This document shows, piece after piece, positions 35,918-48,289 of a DNA stretch of 64,000 nt. The notes under the pieces were generated by a model that worked only from the letters and a program-made list of their open reading frames with translations, was not told the DNA's origin and made no database searches. The first letter of the stretch is position 1; each line of letters opens with the position of its first letter. Origin of the DNA: Octopus sinensis (lineage: Eukaryota); contig NC_043000.1 of assembly GCF_006345805.1 (NCBI RefSeq), positions 129,828,001 through 129,892,000 on the forward strand. Reading direction: 5' to 3'. Both the position numbers and the translations under genes were made by a program.

Positions 35918-36667
35918 ATGACAGATCTATCGGACTTTCAAAGAGGTCAAATTGTTGGTACTCGTATGGCAGGCGTTAGCGTAACGGAAACAGACGAAAT
36001 GTTTGGTGTATCAAGAAGTACTGTCTCGAAAGTAATTACAGCCTTTGAAAAAGACACAAAAACCTTCTCGTCGAAACAAAACTCCGGAAGAAAACCGAAA
36101 CTTTCAGACAGGGACCGTTGGACTCTTACCCGAATTGTTAGAAAGGATCACAAAAGTACAGCTCCCCAAATTACTGTAGAGCTTAATGACCACCTCAAGA
36201 ACCCAGTTTCCACAAAAACTGTTCACCAGGAGCTACACAAAGCAGGATTTCAGGGGGGGGGGTTTGCAATAAGAAAACCACTACTTTCAAAATCTAATGT
36301 TGCAAAACGTTTAGAGTGGAGTAAAATCCTACAGAATTGGTCCCTCGAGTTTGGAAGAGTGTTATTTTCTCGGATGCGTCATCCTTTACCTTATTTCCGA
36401 TCACCGGCCGAGTATACGTGTGGAGACAGCCAAATGAAGCATTTTCCAATATGGAGGAGGATCTGTGATGATCTGGGGGGCTATATCCTGGAAATCCACC
36501 GGCCCAATGGTTTCCTTCATGGCAGAATTAATAGCCAAGTCTATTTAAGCATTTTATCTGATCAAATTCATCCTATGGTTGCGGAACTATTTCCGGAGGG
36601 AAACGCAATCTTTCAGGATGATAATGCACCAGTTCACACAACTAAAGTTGTTACTGAATGGCACGAG
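35918..36667 (+). pseudogene. Tc1-family transposase pseudogene, 3'-truncated
   Basis: MTDLSDFQRGQIVG...GVSRSTVSKV...GRKPKLS HTH region; frameshifted VIFSD; YGGGSVMIWG after an internal deletion; IFQDDNAPVH second Asp; catalytic Glu region missing. Confidence 0.9.
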
Positions 36668-37135
36668 ATTATCAAAAGTAAAATATAAAGCTTTGTATAA
36701 GCTTTGTTGTGTTAAAACCACAATGCTCTCCCCCACCAACCAACCTCCCATACTATGCCTAAAAAGGGCAAACATCACTCATACACACACTACCAGAAAA
36801 AGATGATGGATGTAAAGGTTGGTCATTCCAATAAAATTCTGTATAAATACTTAAATATTATATTTATTTCTGTATTTATGCTTCTTATACAATCATGATT
36901 TTTGATGAACTTTAAATAATTATAAATTTATTTTACTACCTATTTTGAAAACTTTCATGTAAACTGTTTAAACAAAGAGCCCCTATTAATATTTTCTTAT
37001 TATTGTCAAGGATTCTATTTTATAACATTTTCTTATTATTATCAAAGACTGTATACCTGTATTTTAATACAATTATGATAACCATTTTTAACACACCAAA
37101 GCGTATACAAAGCTTTACATTTTACTTTTGATAAT
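36668..37135. mobile_element. Element with ~50-bp terminal inverted repeats that interrupts the Tc1
   Basis: ttatcaaaagtaaaatataaagctttgtataagctttgttgtgttaaaa vs ttttaacacaccaaagcgtatacaaagctttacattttacttttgataa. Confidence 0.7.
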
Positions 37136-37249
37136 TTAAAAAAAAAACATGAAACCAGTCAGGTCAATAAACAACTTTAAAAGACCTCTGCATTTTCAAA
37201 CTCTCTTTCCTATATTTTCACTCGTGCGGTTCCTTGCAAGTTTACTTTG

Positions 37250-37296
<47 letters not shown>

Positions 37297-37798
37297 AAAT
37301 TCAAATTACGATAAATATAAACAAAGTTTGCTTTTAAAAGCGGTGAGATGTGTTGAAAGATACAGATACAGGAAATAATTTATTCTCAAACGCAGAATAA
37401 TGCTGACAGAATAGCAGGAACAGGAGAAAATATCCATATTTTGCGGAAATTTTTGCGGAAATTCCTGGATACTGATAAATTTTTCCGCAAAATATGGATA
37501 TTTTATCCTGTTCCTGCCGTTCCGTCAGTATTCTCCTGCGTTTGAGAATAAATTGCTTCCTTCTCTCTCTCTCTCTCATATATATATATAGGAATGCTGG
37601 TACGAACAGGAAAAATAGAACTCAAAATATGAATATATGTATATTTTTATTAATATTTAGCAGAGTAATAGAGTGACTCAAGATCCGAGAGTCTCGTGCG
37701 TTGACATACCATTGATAATATTAATAATATATATGTTATTATTAATGATAATATTATATATTATATATATATTATATATATATATATGTATGCATGTA

Positions 37799-38386
37799 TA
37801 GGCTGCAATGGGTAAATTGTCATGATTTTATATTTTCAATTTCGCGCATGTTCATTGGTTGTTTTTTTATTTTGTCGATTACACAGTATAGTAGGATCAG
37901 TTGGGCACCGTGTGTGAGAAAACCAGCTCCATGTCGCAATACACTTTGCCAGAAATTTGGAAACGTCACGCTGCACTGCTTGGCATCCGCGTCGGAAGCT
38001 CCAAAATCAACATTTCAGAATGTTTGGGTGTCAAGCTGAGGATAGTGCAATAACGTGTACCGAGAGGGATGAAAAGTCTAACATCATAGTGTTTGGAGTG
38101 AACACTAGTGAAGGCGACGTCATGTCTCTATTCATCTCACACGGCCTTAGACTCAACACGGAGGCCTACATCAAGTGTGTGGAGGAGGTAGTGTTTCCCT
38201 GGGTCAAGAACCTATGTCTGGCAACAGGACTCTGCACCATGTCACACAAGCAGGAGAACCCAGTGATGGCTGTCCGACAATTTCTGCGACCACATCATCC
38301 CTAGCACCTGGCAACCTAACTCCCCAGACTGCAACCTCCTTGCTTATTTTGCGTAATCTAGACGACAGTTTATTCATTGCACCCTG
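37799..38386 (+). mobile_element. Internally deleted DD37D (maT-like) Tc1/mariner element
   Basis: TIRs TAGGCTGCAATGGGTAAATTGTC / GACAGTTTATTCATTGCACCCTG with TA on both sides; remnants GLRLNTEAYIKCVEEVVFPWV, QQDSAPCHTSRRTQ and PNSPDCN. Confidence 0.8.
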
Positions 38387-38492
38387 TATGTATGTATGTA
38401 TATATATATATATATATATATATGGGGGGGGGGATGTGCGTGTGTGTATGTGTGTATTCATACAGATTTGTATCCATACATTCATCTGTCCA

Positions 38493-38540
<48 letters not shown>

Positions 38541-38542
38541 TA

Positions 38543-38920
38543 TACTCTTACTCTTTTACTCTTTTACTTGTTTCAGTCATTTGACTGCGGCCATGCTGGA
38601 GCACCGCCTTTAGTCGAGCAAATTGACCCCGGAACTTATTCTTTGTAAGTTTTGCCGAACCGCTAGGTGACAGGGACGTAAACACACCAGCATCGGTTGT
38701 CAAGCAATGCTAGGGGGACAAACACAGACACACATGTATATATATATACAAATATACGACAGGCTTCTTTCAGTTTCCGTCTACCAAATCCACTCACAAG
38801 GCATTGGTCGGCCCGGGGCTATAGCAGAAGACACTTGCCCAAGATGCCACGCAGTGGGACTGAACCCGCAACCATGTGGTTGGTTAGCAAGCTACTTACC
38901 ATACAGCCACTCCTGCGCCT
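38543..38920 (-). mobile_element. SINE family A with a small internal deletion
   Basis: Same motifs as the other family A copies; lacks the cctagtacttattctatcggtct segment. Confidence 0.9.
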
Positions 38921-40335
38921 ATATATATATATATATATATATCGACGAATATAGACGAAAAAAACATGCTTTACCACATCGTAGATTCACAAACTGCGAG
39001 TGAGAGAGGAAAACAAAGCGAGGGAGAGAGAGAGAGAGAGAGAGAGAGAAGCAAGACAAAGGAAACGGAAGGAAGAGAAGTAGACAAATTCGGGAAATAT
39101 CTTTACTAATTATTATTCAAAATGTTTAGAACTGCATGTATTTTGATATTGCCGAAAGTTTGTGCTTTATACGATGTAAATAACTGCCGAGAATTGCAGA
39201 GATTCTAACAGGGACTCCATCGGTCAGAGCTGACTGTCAGTCTGCCTGTCTGCACAGGCATGGGTAATGTATTTATTGTCTTTTGTGTCTGGAAGAATGC
39301 CAGATGACCATGCCTACAAACCTTCCCTTTCATGCCACTGTTACTGTTCAAGGGAAAAATCTCCACATTAAGATCAATACAACTTGGCACCAGTCTCATC
39401 GTACGCGTCGCTCATCGAACGCAACGAGCCAGAACAGATATTGCGAGGCTCCCTCTCTGGTGTTGTAACAGTTCTGCTAATCCAGATCTCTGGATTGGTA
39501 AACTTTTTATTGACTAATGGAAGATCAAATGTAAAGTTTAACTGGGTCCAATATTCAAACGAATTTGCAAATTTATCACCCAAGGAAATTCGAAATCTCA
39601 AACTTCATGTTACTAGTCCCGTATCTCTATTTAAGATCATCTTATGGTCCCCGAATTATTTCATATAAAGTACAAATATATTTAAATCACACGGAACTTA
39701 TTTCTTTATACGATTTATGATTTTATTTTCATTGTAATTTACACCTTTATACTGTTTACTTCAGACCCCCATAATTCAGCTTAGCTGTCCCATGCTCATC
39801 ACTATTTTCATCTTACAGGAAATTCATAATCCTAAAAGAGCCCCAAAGTTAGTGACACGCAGCGTACTATAGATTTCTATGTTCAAGCATAGAGAAGGAT
39901 AACTGGATGTTCTATAGTTACAAAGATTGTCATCTTACAAGAAACTGATTTCAGTTTCAATTAATACTAGCAGTATCACCCGGCGTTGCTCGGGTTTGTT
40001 TCGACCCTTTAGGATTGAAATTTTTGAAAAGTAAAAATTTTGCATTGTGTAGCTTGAACATTTTTCTGGTTGAAATACACCGAAAAATGGCGATACAGCA
40101 GTAAAAAGTAAGGATTTTCATAGAAAAATGCACCTTTTTGATGTAAATAATTTTTGGTGTTAACATGGTCCGATTTGAATTTTCTCTTCTACGGAAGGAA
40201 GAGCAAGCCTTCTTCTATTATACTCTCAATTTTGGTCAACTTGCGCCGCAGGGTCTCAGAGGAGATAGTGTTAGTTGAAGGCTACCGAACCTGCCATACA
40301 CTGAAAACTTCAGCTTTATATATATATATATATAT

Positions 40336-40714
40336 AAATTAAAAATAAATATTAGGGAATAAATCCAAACTTACAGGGAAAAATCAGATTTAGGATTGAA
40401 TCCAATTTTATAGTAAAATATTATATTATATTAAATTAGAGATAAAACCACTATTAGGCAAATCATACAATGAAAAACTTAAGCCAATACATAAGATTAT
40501 TTAATTTATATTATTTAAATATATAACAAAATTATTAAAAAAATATAATTAATATAACACTACGACCGTTTCATGGCTGTTAATTTCTTTAAATTTTCGA
40601 GTTACAGTCATTCATCAGGTGGTTAAATATTTAACTTGGCGAGGTTTAATCTTATGTATTGGCTTAAGTTTTTCATTGTATGATTTGCCTAATATTGGTT
40701 TTATCTCTAATTTA

Positions 40715-40720
<6 letters not shown>
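40336..40720 (-). mobile_element. Miniature PLE-like fold-back insertion (family H2) with a complete HHR
   Basis: ~75-bp inverted arms 40425-40499 / 40648-40718; left ~230 bp shared with 44993-45235; sits in (TA)n. Confidence 0.7.
40555..40627 (-). ncRNA. Type I hammerhead ribozyme motif
   Basis: uaaccac-CUGAUGA-AUGACUGU[23 nt]ACAGCCAU-GAAA-C-GGUC-G-UA / guguua: helix II 7 of 8 pairs, helix I cac/gug extendable by a bulge, GUA triplet. Confidence 0.65.
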
Positions 40721-40776
<56 letters not shown>

Positions 40777-42384
40777 TTAAACGTCGCACACATAAAAAGG
40801 AAAGGCACGTTTCATAACGCAGTCCTAGATTCACTATTATTTTAGGTTGTTGGATAACACGGCTGACCTATGTTAACAACAACATCAACAACAGTAATTT
40901 TACAAATCCGATCAACGGCCTCTTTAGAAGTTTATTACTGTTGACACGAGCAAACTGGATCGGCTGACATGTTTGCTGATTCTGAAAGGCGAATATTTTT
41001 TCGACGTTGATGTTGCTCTTGTTTCGCCTTATATAATTCTTGATCATGTAGACAATTACCAGCTATGACTATATCGTTTTTATTTGTTTTGCATATCAGC
41101 GACTACATGGCTCAATTTGATCTTCCATTTTTAAAACTGTTGTGTTGTGAGTTGAAGATTTCACTGCTGTTTCTTGCAGATCGAGCGGCTTCTTAGAGAC
41201 TTCAATTATAAAAAGAAAAAACAGTAAAGAACTGGATAACATTGCTTTTGGTTATATTCTTACTTTCATTTACGATTCGTGCTGAAATCTCAGAATGATT
41301 TACTCAGCCACTCATCTCTCTGCGGATGATATACACCAGTACCTGTCATATACATAATTTCACTATTTAACACCCACCTCTATGTTTTTTGGAGCTAACG
41401 TCAATCAGATTTATTGGCGTGTGAACTAAAACTGAAACCTTTGAAATTGAAGTGGAAAACTGAAATATCATTACCATTAGTAAAATTAAACTACAGGAAT
41501 TCAAATAAACCCGTTGACGCACGATTTATGTGTGTTCAGGTTATGTAGGTTTCGCGTTTCACGTACAAATTACATAACCAGTTCAACTCTAACTATCGGT
41601 ACATATGCATTTATAGACATACGCTTCAAGTATTTGCAATTAAACTAAATAAATGGGTGTAGGATATCATAAAATTCCCCACTGAAACGATATTAGAAAG
41701 GTTAGCTCGTTATTTTAAGTCCTGGTGTGCTATGAGTAACATTAATGTATATTATACACCCACATCATTTCAGTAACAATTTAAATATCAATCAATCAAT
41801 CTTTCAATATATATATATATATATATATAGTGTATGTGTGTATGTTAAAGAGAGAGAGAGAGAGAGAGATGGAGGGAGAGAGAAAAGAGGGATATACAAT
41901 GTCATCCTTTAGTTTAACTATATATTTGTGTCTAAATTAAATCAATAAAGCTTAAAATTATTTCTATTCTTTGTTATTTACTTGCCACATATTTAACCAA
42001 GTAACGATAATTAAATGATCTGTTGTTATACAGGGAATAAACACAATTAAATAGTGTACGTGCATCTGTTTAAACAGATGAATATGTAAGAGATATAACT
42101 AAAGATGTTGAAACGGTTGACTAGTCGAGGTGCGGAATTCTAAAGTATCAGCTCTTTCCTGAATACCATTTAGCAAATGTTGTATTGTGCCTGAAGTCTG
42201 TCTACCCGAGAACTAATTAATTCGTTGTATGTGTGAAATATATCTAACTTGGAATTACTAGTGCCCAATCAATACTAAGATTTGTCATGTTTTGAAGGGG
42301 GAGCATTTTTTTGGAGCGAGTTACTAGTTGTCCACTAGGCTAGGGAAAATGGTTACAGCGACATCGATGATGGAAACTTTAATT

Positions 42385-42589
42385 ATATGTTATCTTCTAC
42401 TGTTATCTTCAGTCATTGGACAGCGGTTATGGAAGGGAACTATCTTGAAGGGTTTTAGTCAAATAAGTCAACTCAGTATTTATTTTTTTGTCTCGTACTT
42501 ATTTCCTAGGGCTTATTTATCGAACCGATACGTTAGAAGGATGTTACGAGCCCAACAGCGATTGTCAAGCGGATCACACACACAACACA

Positions 42590-42636
<47 letters not shown>

Positions 42637-42770
42637 CAAACAAAAAAATATATATAATTCTCTCACAAAACATTGATCGGGCATTGCCGAAGGTAATGCG
42701 CAGTGGATCTGAACCCGAATTCATGCGGTTACAAAGCGAACTGCTTAAACACATAGCCATGCCTGGGCCT
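42385..42770 (-). mobile_element. Old SINE family A copy
   Basis: Degenerate tail (tcagtcattggacagcgg) and head (atgcgcagtggatctgaacccg...catagccatgcct). Confidence 0.55.
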
Positions 42771-43293
42771 ACAAGTAGAAATGGGTAGAATTCTGAAGTC
42801 GCTATGGGGGCTCTGTTTACAATTTTAAAAAAATTATTTACTCAGAGGAGCAAGAACAAAATACATAACTTTTTGCAGGCCCTCCGAGACTGACGAAGGA
42901 AATTTACATCTGGCTTCTCCTGAAACCAAGTCTGAATTCTTACAACAGACTAGACTCAGTTTAAATGACAATTGGATAGGTTTTTTTTTAATGAAGCGAT
43001 AGTTTTAAAACAAATATATATTAACGGAATTCCACAGACTTTCATACAATCCAATTTCAGTGTCACGATATGAAAATGAACCAGGAACCACGTGATTGCA
43101 GACCATATTTATTAAAAATATCACCACGTTTACAGCCATGATATTGCACTTTAAATGCAGATCAAACGTTAGATGTGTCTAATGGTGTCTACAAAGACGA
43201 TTGGATATATGTGAAGCATTTTACCAGTAAAGCACATGTTTGGTAATTCCAACACTGACATTTTTTGTTAATATATTGAGAGAGCCTCTAAGC

Positions 43294-43642
43294 CAGTGGT
43301 TCTCAACTAGAGTCCTTATGGCCTTTGAGGGTTCATATAAGATTTTTTAGGGTCCACACAATATAATAGTAAGCTGGAGATTCACAATAGTATTTTAAGG
43401 GCCCCTGAAAAAAATTGTTTTAGATGAGTTCATTGGGACGTTATTGCAAGAAACAGCTAGTGTTTTGTCTAAGAAGTTAACATAGTTCAACCTATATAAT
43501 TTAATGTGTGAAAAACAAAATAGGAAATTTGAAAGAAGTTTCTATAAAACTAGGTTTTAAACATCGAATGGCTATGTAGGTTCACTAGGATGATATAATA
43601 ATCAAAGGGGCCTTTATATTAAAAAATGGTTGAGAACCGCTG
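43294..43642. mobile_element. hAT (Charlie-like) MITE
   Basis: TIRs CAGTGGTTCTCAAC / GTTGAGAACCGCTG; 8-bp TSD CTCTAAGC / CTCTAAGT. Confidence 0.85.
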
Positions 43643-43788
43643 CTCTAAGTAGTCATTTGATCTATAAATGGCGCCCAAATTCCCTGTACTTCGTACCTTG
43701 ACCTCAAGGTTGATCTGGGCAATAAACAACAATGATAGCCCTGCCAACAACAAAAATAGACATCAGAACCACCATCAACAACCACCAG

Positions 43789-43789
<1 letters not shown>

Positions 43790-43848
<59 letters not shown>
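43790..43848. repeat. (CTA)n microsatellite
   Basis: Direct reading. Confidence 0.95.
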
Positions 43849-43854
<6 letters not shown>

Positions 43855-43859
43855 ACCAA

Positions 43860-44015
43860 CAGCAGCGGCAGATATCCAAGAATTTGGACCTGGAGATCTC
43901 CATTTCCAGCGACTTCGAGGGCCACCTCCCAGTGGTGTCGGGTGTCAACGAAGAACCCTCGACTACAAGACGACCAGATATTTTTTTCCCAAGGTCTGGG
44001 GTCTCCTGCCCCTAA
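43860..44015 (+). mobile_element. Possible Tx1-type AP-endonuclease fragment
   Basis: ISKNLDLEISISSDFEGHLPVVSGV...RPDIFF loosely parallels FRKELYLEEKSIFRDTNGKLVVLGV...RAYIFRR of the 30-31 kb element. Confidence 0.35.
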
Positions 44016-44954
44016 GCTCTAGACCATCACCTAATCACCCTTACCCGTCTTGTTGCTTAACAACAGCAACAACAGCTGCGGCAAAAGTGAGTGCAACAAT
44101 ACTACCAAAAAAAAAAAAAACGAGAACAAAAGCACAACCAATGAAAACCAACAGAACCACAGACTTCCAACAATAAAATTATCAACAATCAGCAACAGCA
44201 TCAGCACTAACGATAACAACAATAAATCATAAAAAAAAATCAACAACAACAAAAACGACAAGAACAAAATACCCCATCACATTTGCAGAAACAACATCAT
44301 TACCACTAGCATCATAACAATGAGAAGGTCGTTAACACAAGTAGCTGCAGTAACAACAACAATAAGAACACGAATACCGATAATAGTGGTAACAACAGCA
44401 ATACCAAAGCACTATTAACAGCAATGGCAGCATCAGGGACACCACCACCGCCTCTATGACCACACAACAACTACAAAATAGCAACAACAATAGCCGATTA
44501 CCCAGTGTGTGTAACAGTTAACACATATGTGGTCATTGATCAGGCAGTTTGTCAGTGAGCAGCGAAGCAGATAATAGGTTTACTGCAAACGTGTCTGATC
44601 TGCAACTCTGTGTGTGTGTGTGTGATGTACGACAGTCATAGAGATAATGATGGAAGCAGAGTACAAAATAAAGCATAGAGTGAAGAGTGAAATTTGGATT
44701 GCTGCAGGAATGCATGAATAAATGTAATGTTAGATAGACAAAGACATGTACGGAGAGAGAGAGAGAGAGGAGGAAGGGAGGAGGAGAGAATATAGGAACA
44801 GGGAAAAGAAAGAGAGAGGGGCGGGATAACGAAAAAGTCTCACTGCGTACCACCATGGGTAAGGGTCTTCTATTACAGTCCCGGGCTGACCAAAGCCTTA
44901 CATATTTGTTTGGAAGACAGAAACAGAAGGAAGCTCGACGTATACATGTATATT

Positions 44955-44985
<31 letters not shown>

Positions 44986-44992
44986 GAATATA

Positions 44993-45430
44993 ATAAAATA
45001 TTAGGGAATAAATCCAAACTTACAGGGAAAAATCAGATTTAGGATTGAATCCAATTTTATAATAAAATATTATATTATATTAAATTAGAGATAAAGCCAC
45101 AATTAGGCAAATCAAACAATGAAAAACTTAAGCCAATACATAAAATTAATTAATTTATATTATTTTAAATATATATCAAAAGTATTAAAAGTTTAATAAA
45201 AGATAAACACTATGATCGTTTCATGGCTGTCCAATTCGTAATAATTCGAGTTATGGTTACGAATTGGACAGCCATGAAACGATCGTAGTGTTTTACTCAT
45301 TATCTTTTAGTAAACTTTTAATACTTTTGATATATATTTAAAATAATATAAATTAATTAATTTTATGTATTGGCTTAAGTTTTTCATTGTTTGATTTGCC
45401 TAATAGTGGTTTTATCTCTAATTTAATATA
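44993..45430. mobile_element. Family H2 fold-back with ~165-bp arms
   Basis: 45073-45242 is nearly the exact reverse complement of 45258-45430; flanked by ATATATATGAATATA at 44978-44992 and 45431-45445. Confidence 0.9.
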
Positions 45431-46369
45431 ATATATATGAATATATATATTCATATATATTTGTGTATGTGTATGCGTAAATGTTTGTGTGTATGTGTAT
45501 GTATTTACGTGTATGTGTGTGTATGTGCACCTTTATGTTTGTATCCTACTTATGTTTGTACCCAGCATCAGACCAACAATATCTAGAGTGTAATAGTATA
45601 AAATATGGATTTAGGGGTGCTATGCATAGATACGTACATGTATGTATATGCGTGTATAAATATATGATTGATCACTCTTAGTGGTAATGTTAACACATAA
45701 CCGGTTACAACCCGTCACATTTTCTGGCCTTCGGCGACTAAACCGCATTCCTTACCTAACAAGCAGGGTAACGAGGGTCTTTCGTTGGATACCTGCAAGA
45801 CCTGTTAAAGTGCAAATGAACCCAGTGGAACCAACTGCAATCCAAAAGCTGGGAGTGAGAGATCGCTAGTCTTAGTTTAGACATCTTACTAGGAGAAGGA
45901 AAATACTGATGTAACATGTACGACTTCATTTGCATCCAATGAAATAAGCTAGAACTCCTTTTGGAGAAAATACGTACGTTGTTTAGAAAGCGAGATTGGC
46001 TCTGTGCAAGGCCTATCATCACTTAAAGAAGAATGAGGTATAGGCTTCGCTTGATTTTTACATCGCGTCGTAGTTAATAAAGACAAAACATTCCATGGTG
46101 CTTTGAGGGCATACGTCAGCATGTGTTATAAGCTCTATGAATACCGACTGTAAGAGGTGTACCACCGTTGCCATGTCTTTTTAAATCTGTGTAGGTCCTT
46201 GGCAGGGCTAATCATGTTCAACGATCAAGTGTTGGAATTGTTGGAAATCGAGTTGAAGTCATCATATATGTGTGTGTGTCTGTATAAGATAAGGCATTAA
46301 TATTATTGTGCGTGTGTGTGAGTATATGTATTCAGAAGAACTATTTTATATATGTATAGAAAATACAAA

Positions 46370-46538
46370 CATAGTTTCAAGCGTGGTAACAAGTCTGTTT
46401 CCAAACTAAACGGTTTCGGGTTCAGTCTCACTGCGTACCACCATGGGTAAGGGTCTTCTATTACAGCCCCAGGCTGACCAAAGCCTTGCGTATTTGTGTC
46501 GTAGACGGAAACTGAACGAAGCCCGACGTATACATGTA

Positions 46539-46581
<43 letters not shown>

Positions 46582-46830
46582 GTGCACGTCTTTGTGTATG
46601 TCGTGCGTGAATGTTTGTGTGTGTGTGTATGTGTGTGCTTGTGTATGTATATACGTGTATGTGTGTATATGTGCGTCTTTATGTTTGTACCCCACTAAAA
46701 CTTGATAACAGTGTTGGTTGCTGGAGTCGAACGAACCGAATATAGTCGATTCGTTTGACTTAAACTAAAATACGTTTAGTGTGGTGCCCCAGCATGGCTG
46801 CAGTCCAATGATCAGAACAAGTTAGACATA
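46370..46830 (+). mobile_element. Diverged SINE family A copy
   Basis: Head cgggttcagtctcactgcgtacc, internal microsatellite, tail gtgccccagcatggctgcagtccaatga. Confidence 0.65.
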
Positions 46831-46839
46831 AAAGATACA

Positions 46840-47000
46840 TAAATACATACAAACATACATACATACATACATACATACACACATACATACACATACATAC
46901 ATACATACATAGATACACACACACATACATACATACATAAATACATACAAACATACACACATACATAAATACATACAAACATATACACACATACATACAT
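46840..47000. repeat. (CATA)n/(CA)n compound microsatellite
   Basis: Direct reading. Confidence 0.9.
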
Positions 47001-47970
47001 GCATGCATATGGAATATTTTCATAAAATCTGCCGAGTAGAAACTTGACAGACCAAACATTTCATTTGGGACGAAAAAAGTCATTTACAGGTTAGTTGTGC
47101 AGCAAATGTAAGCACCTCTTTCAAAATCAACTAGGAGAATATCTATGGAGAAATGCTTCGATACCTACAGCTTTTCTAACAAGCTTATATATTTATAGTC
47201 ACAAAAATAATCAATGGCTTACTCGGTTATCTTGACACTTTTGTTATCTTATAAACGATTAAAAGTTAAAGGTGACCTAAGCAGGATTTGAACTCTGAGG
47301 GCGAAGCCTTATAACCAAAGCTCTGCGACTCCAGATCATGCACAAACGCATATGTCTGCGTATGAGTGTGTGTGTGTGTGTGTGTATGCGCGCGCACACG
47401 TCTGTTGTAAGAGAAAAGATACAGTAAGGGAGAGATATAAAAAGAGAATGAAAAGAAAGCAAAAGACAGCAGAGTCATCTTGTCAATATATATTATATAT
47501 ATATGTGTGTGTGTGTATGTGTGTATGTGTGTGTCTATGTATAACGAGAGAGAGAGAGAGAAAGAGAGAGGGAGGGAGAGAGAGAGAGTGGGGAGAAAAT
47601 GTACAAAAGGGAAACAGCATTAGTTACGTTCATTTCTTTAAATTATCAATATAAATTATCTCCAGGCTAAGAAGATATTGAATTATTAGCTTTTTCAAGA
47701 ACTATACGTTGGCAGAGAAGAGAAACTAGGACATTGTGACGTTTTTACTATTTCTAATGATAAATCATCTGCCACTCATTTTTTTACATCAACAAGTGGC
47801 CTCTAGGCACCTTTAATAAAGTCCATTCTTTGTAAACTTTTAGAGTAAGGAGATTACAGTAATGCATGAGTCGCGGTTTCCTTTCCTACTTTCTTGCCAA
47901 CATTAGATATCCTGCAAAAGGTCACGAACAGTCATGTTTTTTTCCACTTTTATGACTAATCATATATATA

Positions 47971-48214
47971 TTGGGTTGGTGCATAATTATTGCGGCATAT
48001 TTTCAACAAATGTTATTCAACAAAAACAATAACAACATATAACAAAAACATCTTTAAATAATTATTTCGGAGCATATTCACCATCTACTTTAATTACTGC
48101 TTCCAATTTACTTGGCAGACAGTCAGACCGTCATTTAAAGATGTTTTTATTAAATAATTTTATTGTTTTTGTTAAATGAAATTTGTTGAAAAAAAGCCGC
48201 ATTAATTATGCACC

Positions 48215-48216
<2 letters not shown>
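47971..48216. mobile_element. mariner-derived MITE
   Basis: TIRs TTGGGTTGGTGCATAATTATTGCGGC..TCAACAAAT / ATTTGTTGAA..GCCGCATTAATTATGCACCAA; minus-strand remnant LPSKLEAVIKVDGEY like a mariner C-terminus. Confidence 0.7.

Positions 48217-48289
<73 letters not shown>

Larger units (their letters stand above)
39967..40776 (-). mobile_element. Non-autonomous Helitron with a nested insertion
   Basis: Minus strand A/TC-(TA)n at 40775-40777; ACCCG..CGGGT hairpin (39978-39995) followed by CTAG/T at 39966-39970; A-T insertion site. Confidence 0.6.

Noticed and set aside
39205-39668. Overlapping 60-95 aa ORFs on both strands in unique sequence
   Set aside because: No recognisable domain, no convincing splice pair, and stops in every long frame.
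41180-41250. Strong acceptor (tttcttgcag) with a short open frame
   Set aside because: Weak donor, unrecognisable peptide, no supporting neighbours; expected by chance in 64 kb.
45690-46262. Possible decayed AP-endonuclease on the minus strand (DDFN..., HGNGGT)
   Set aside because: Only two short motif resemblances amid stops; too weak to call.
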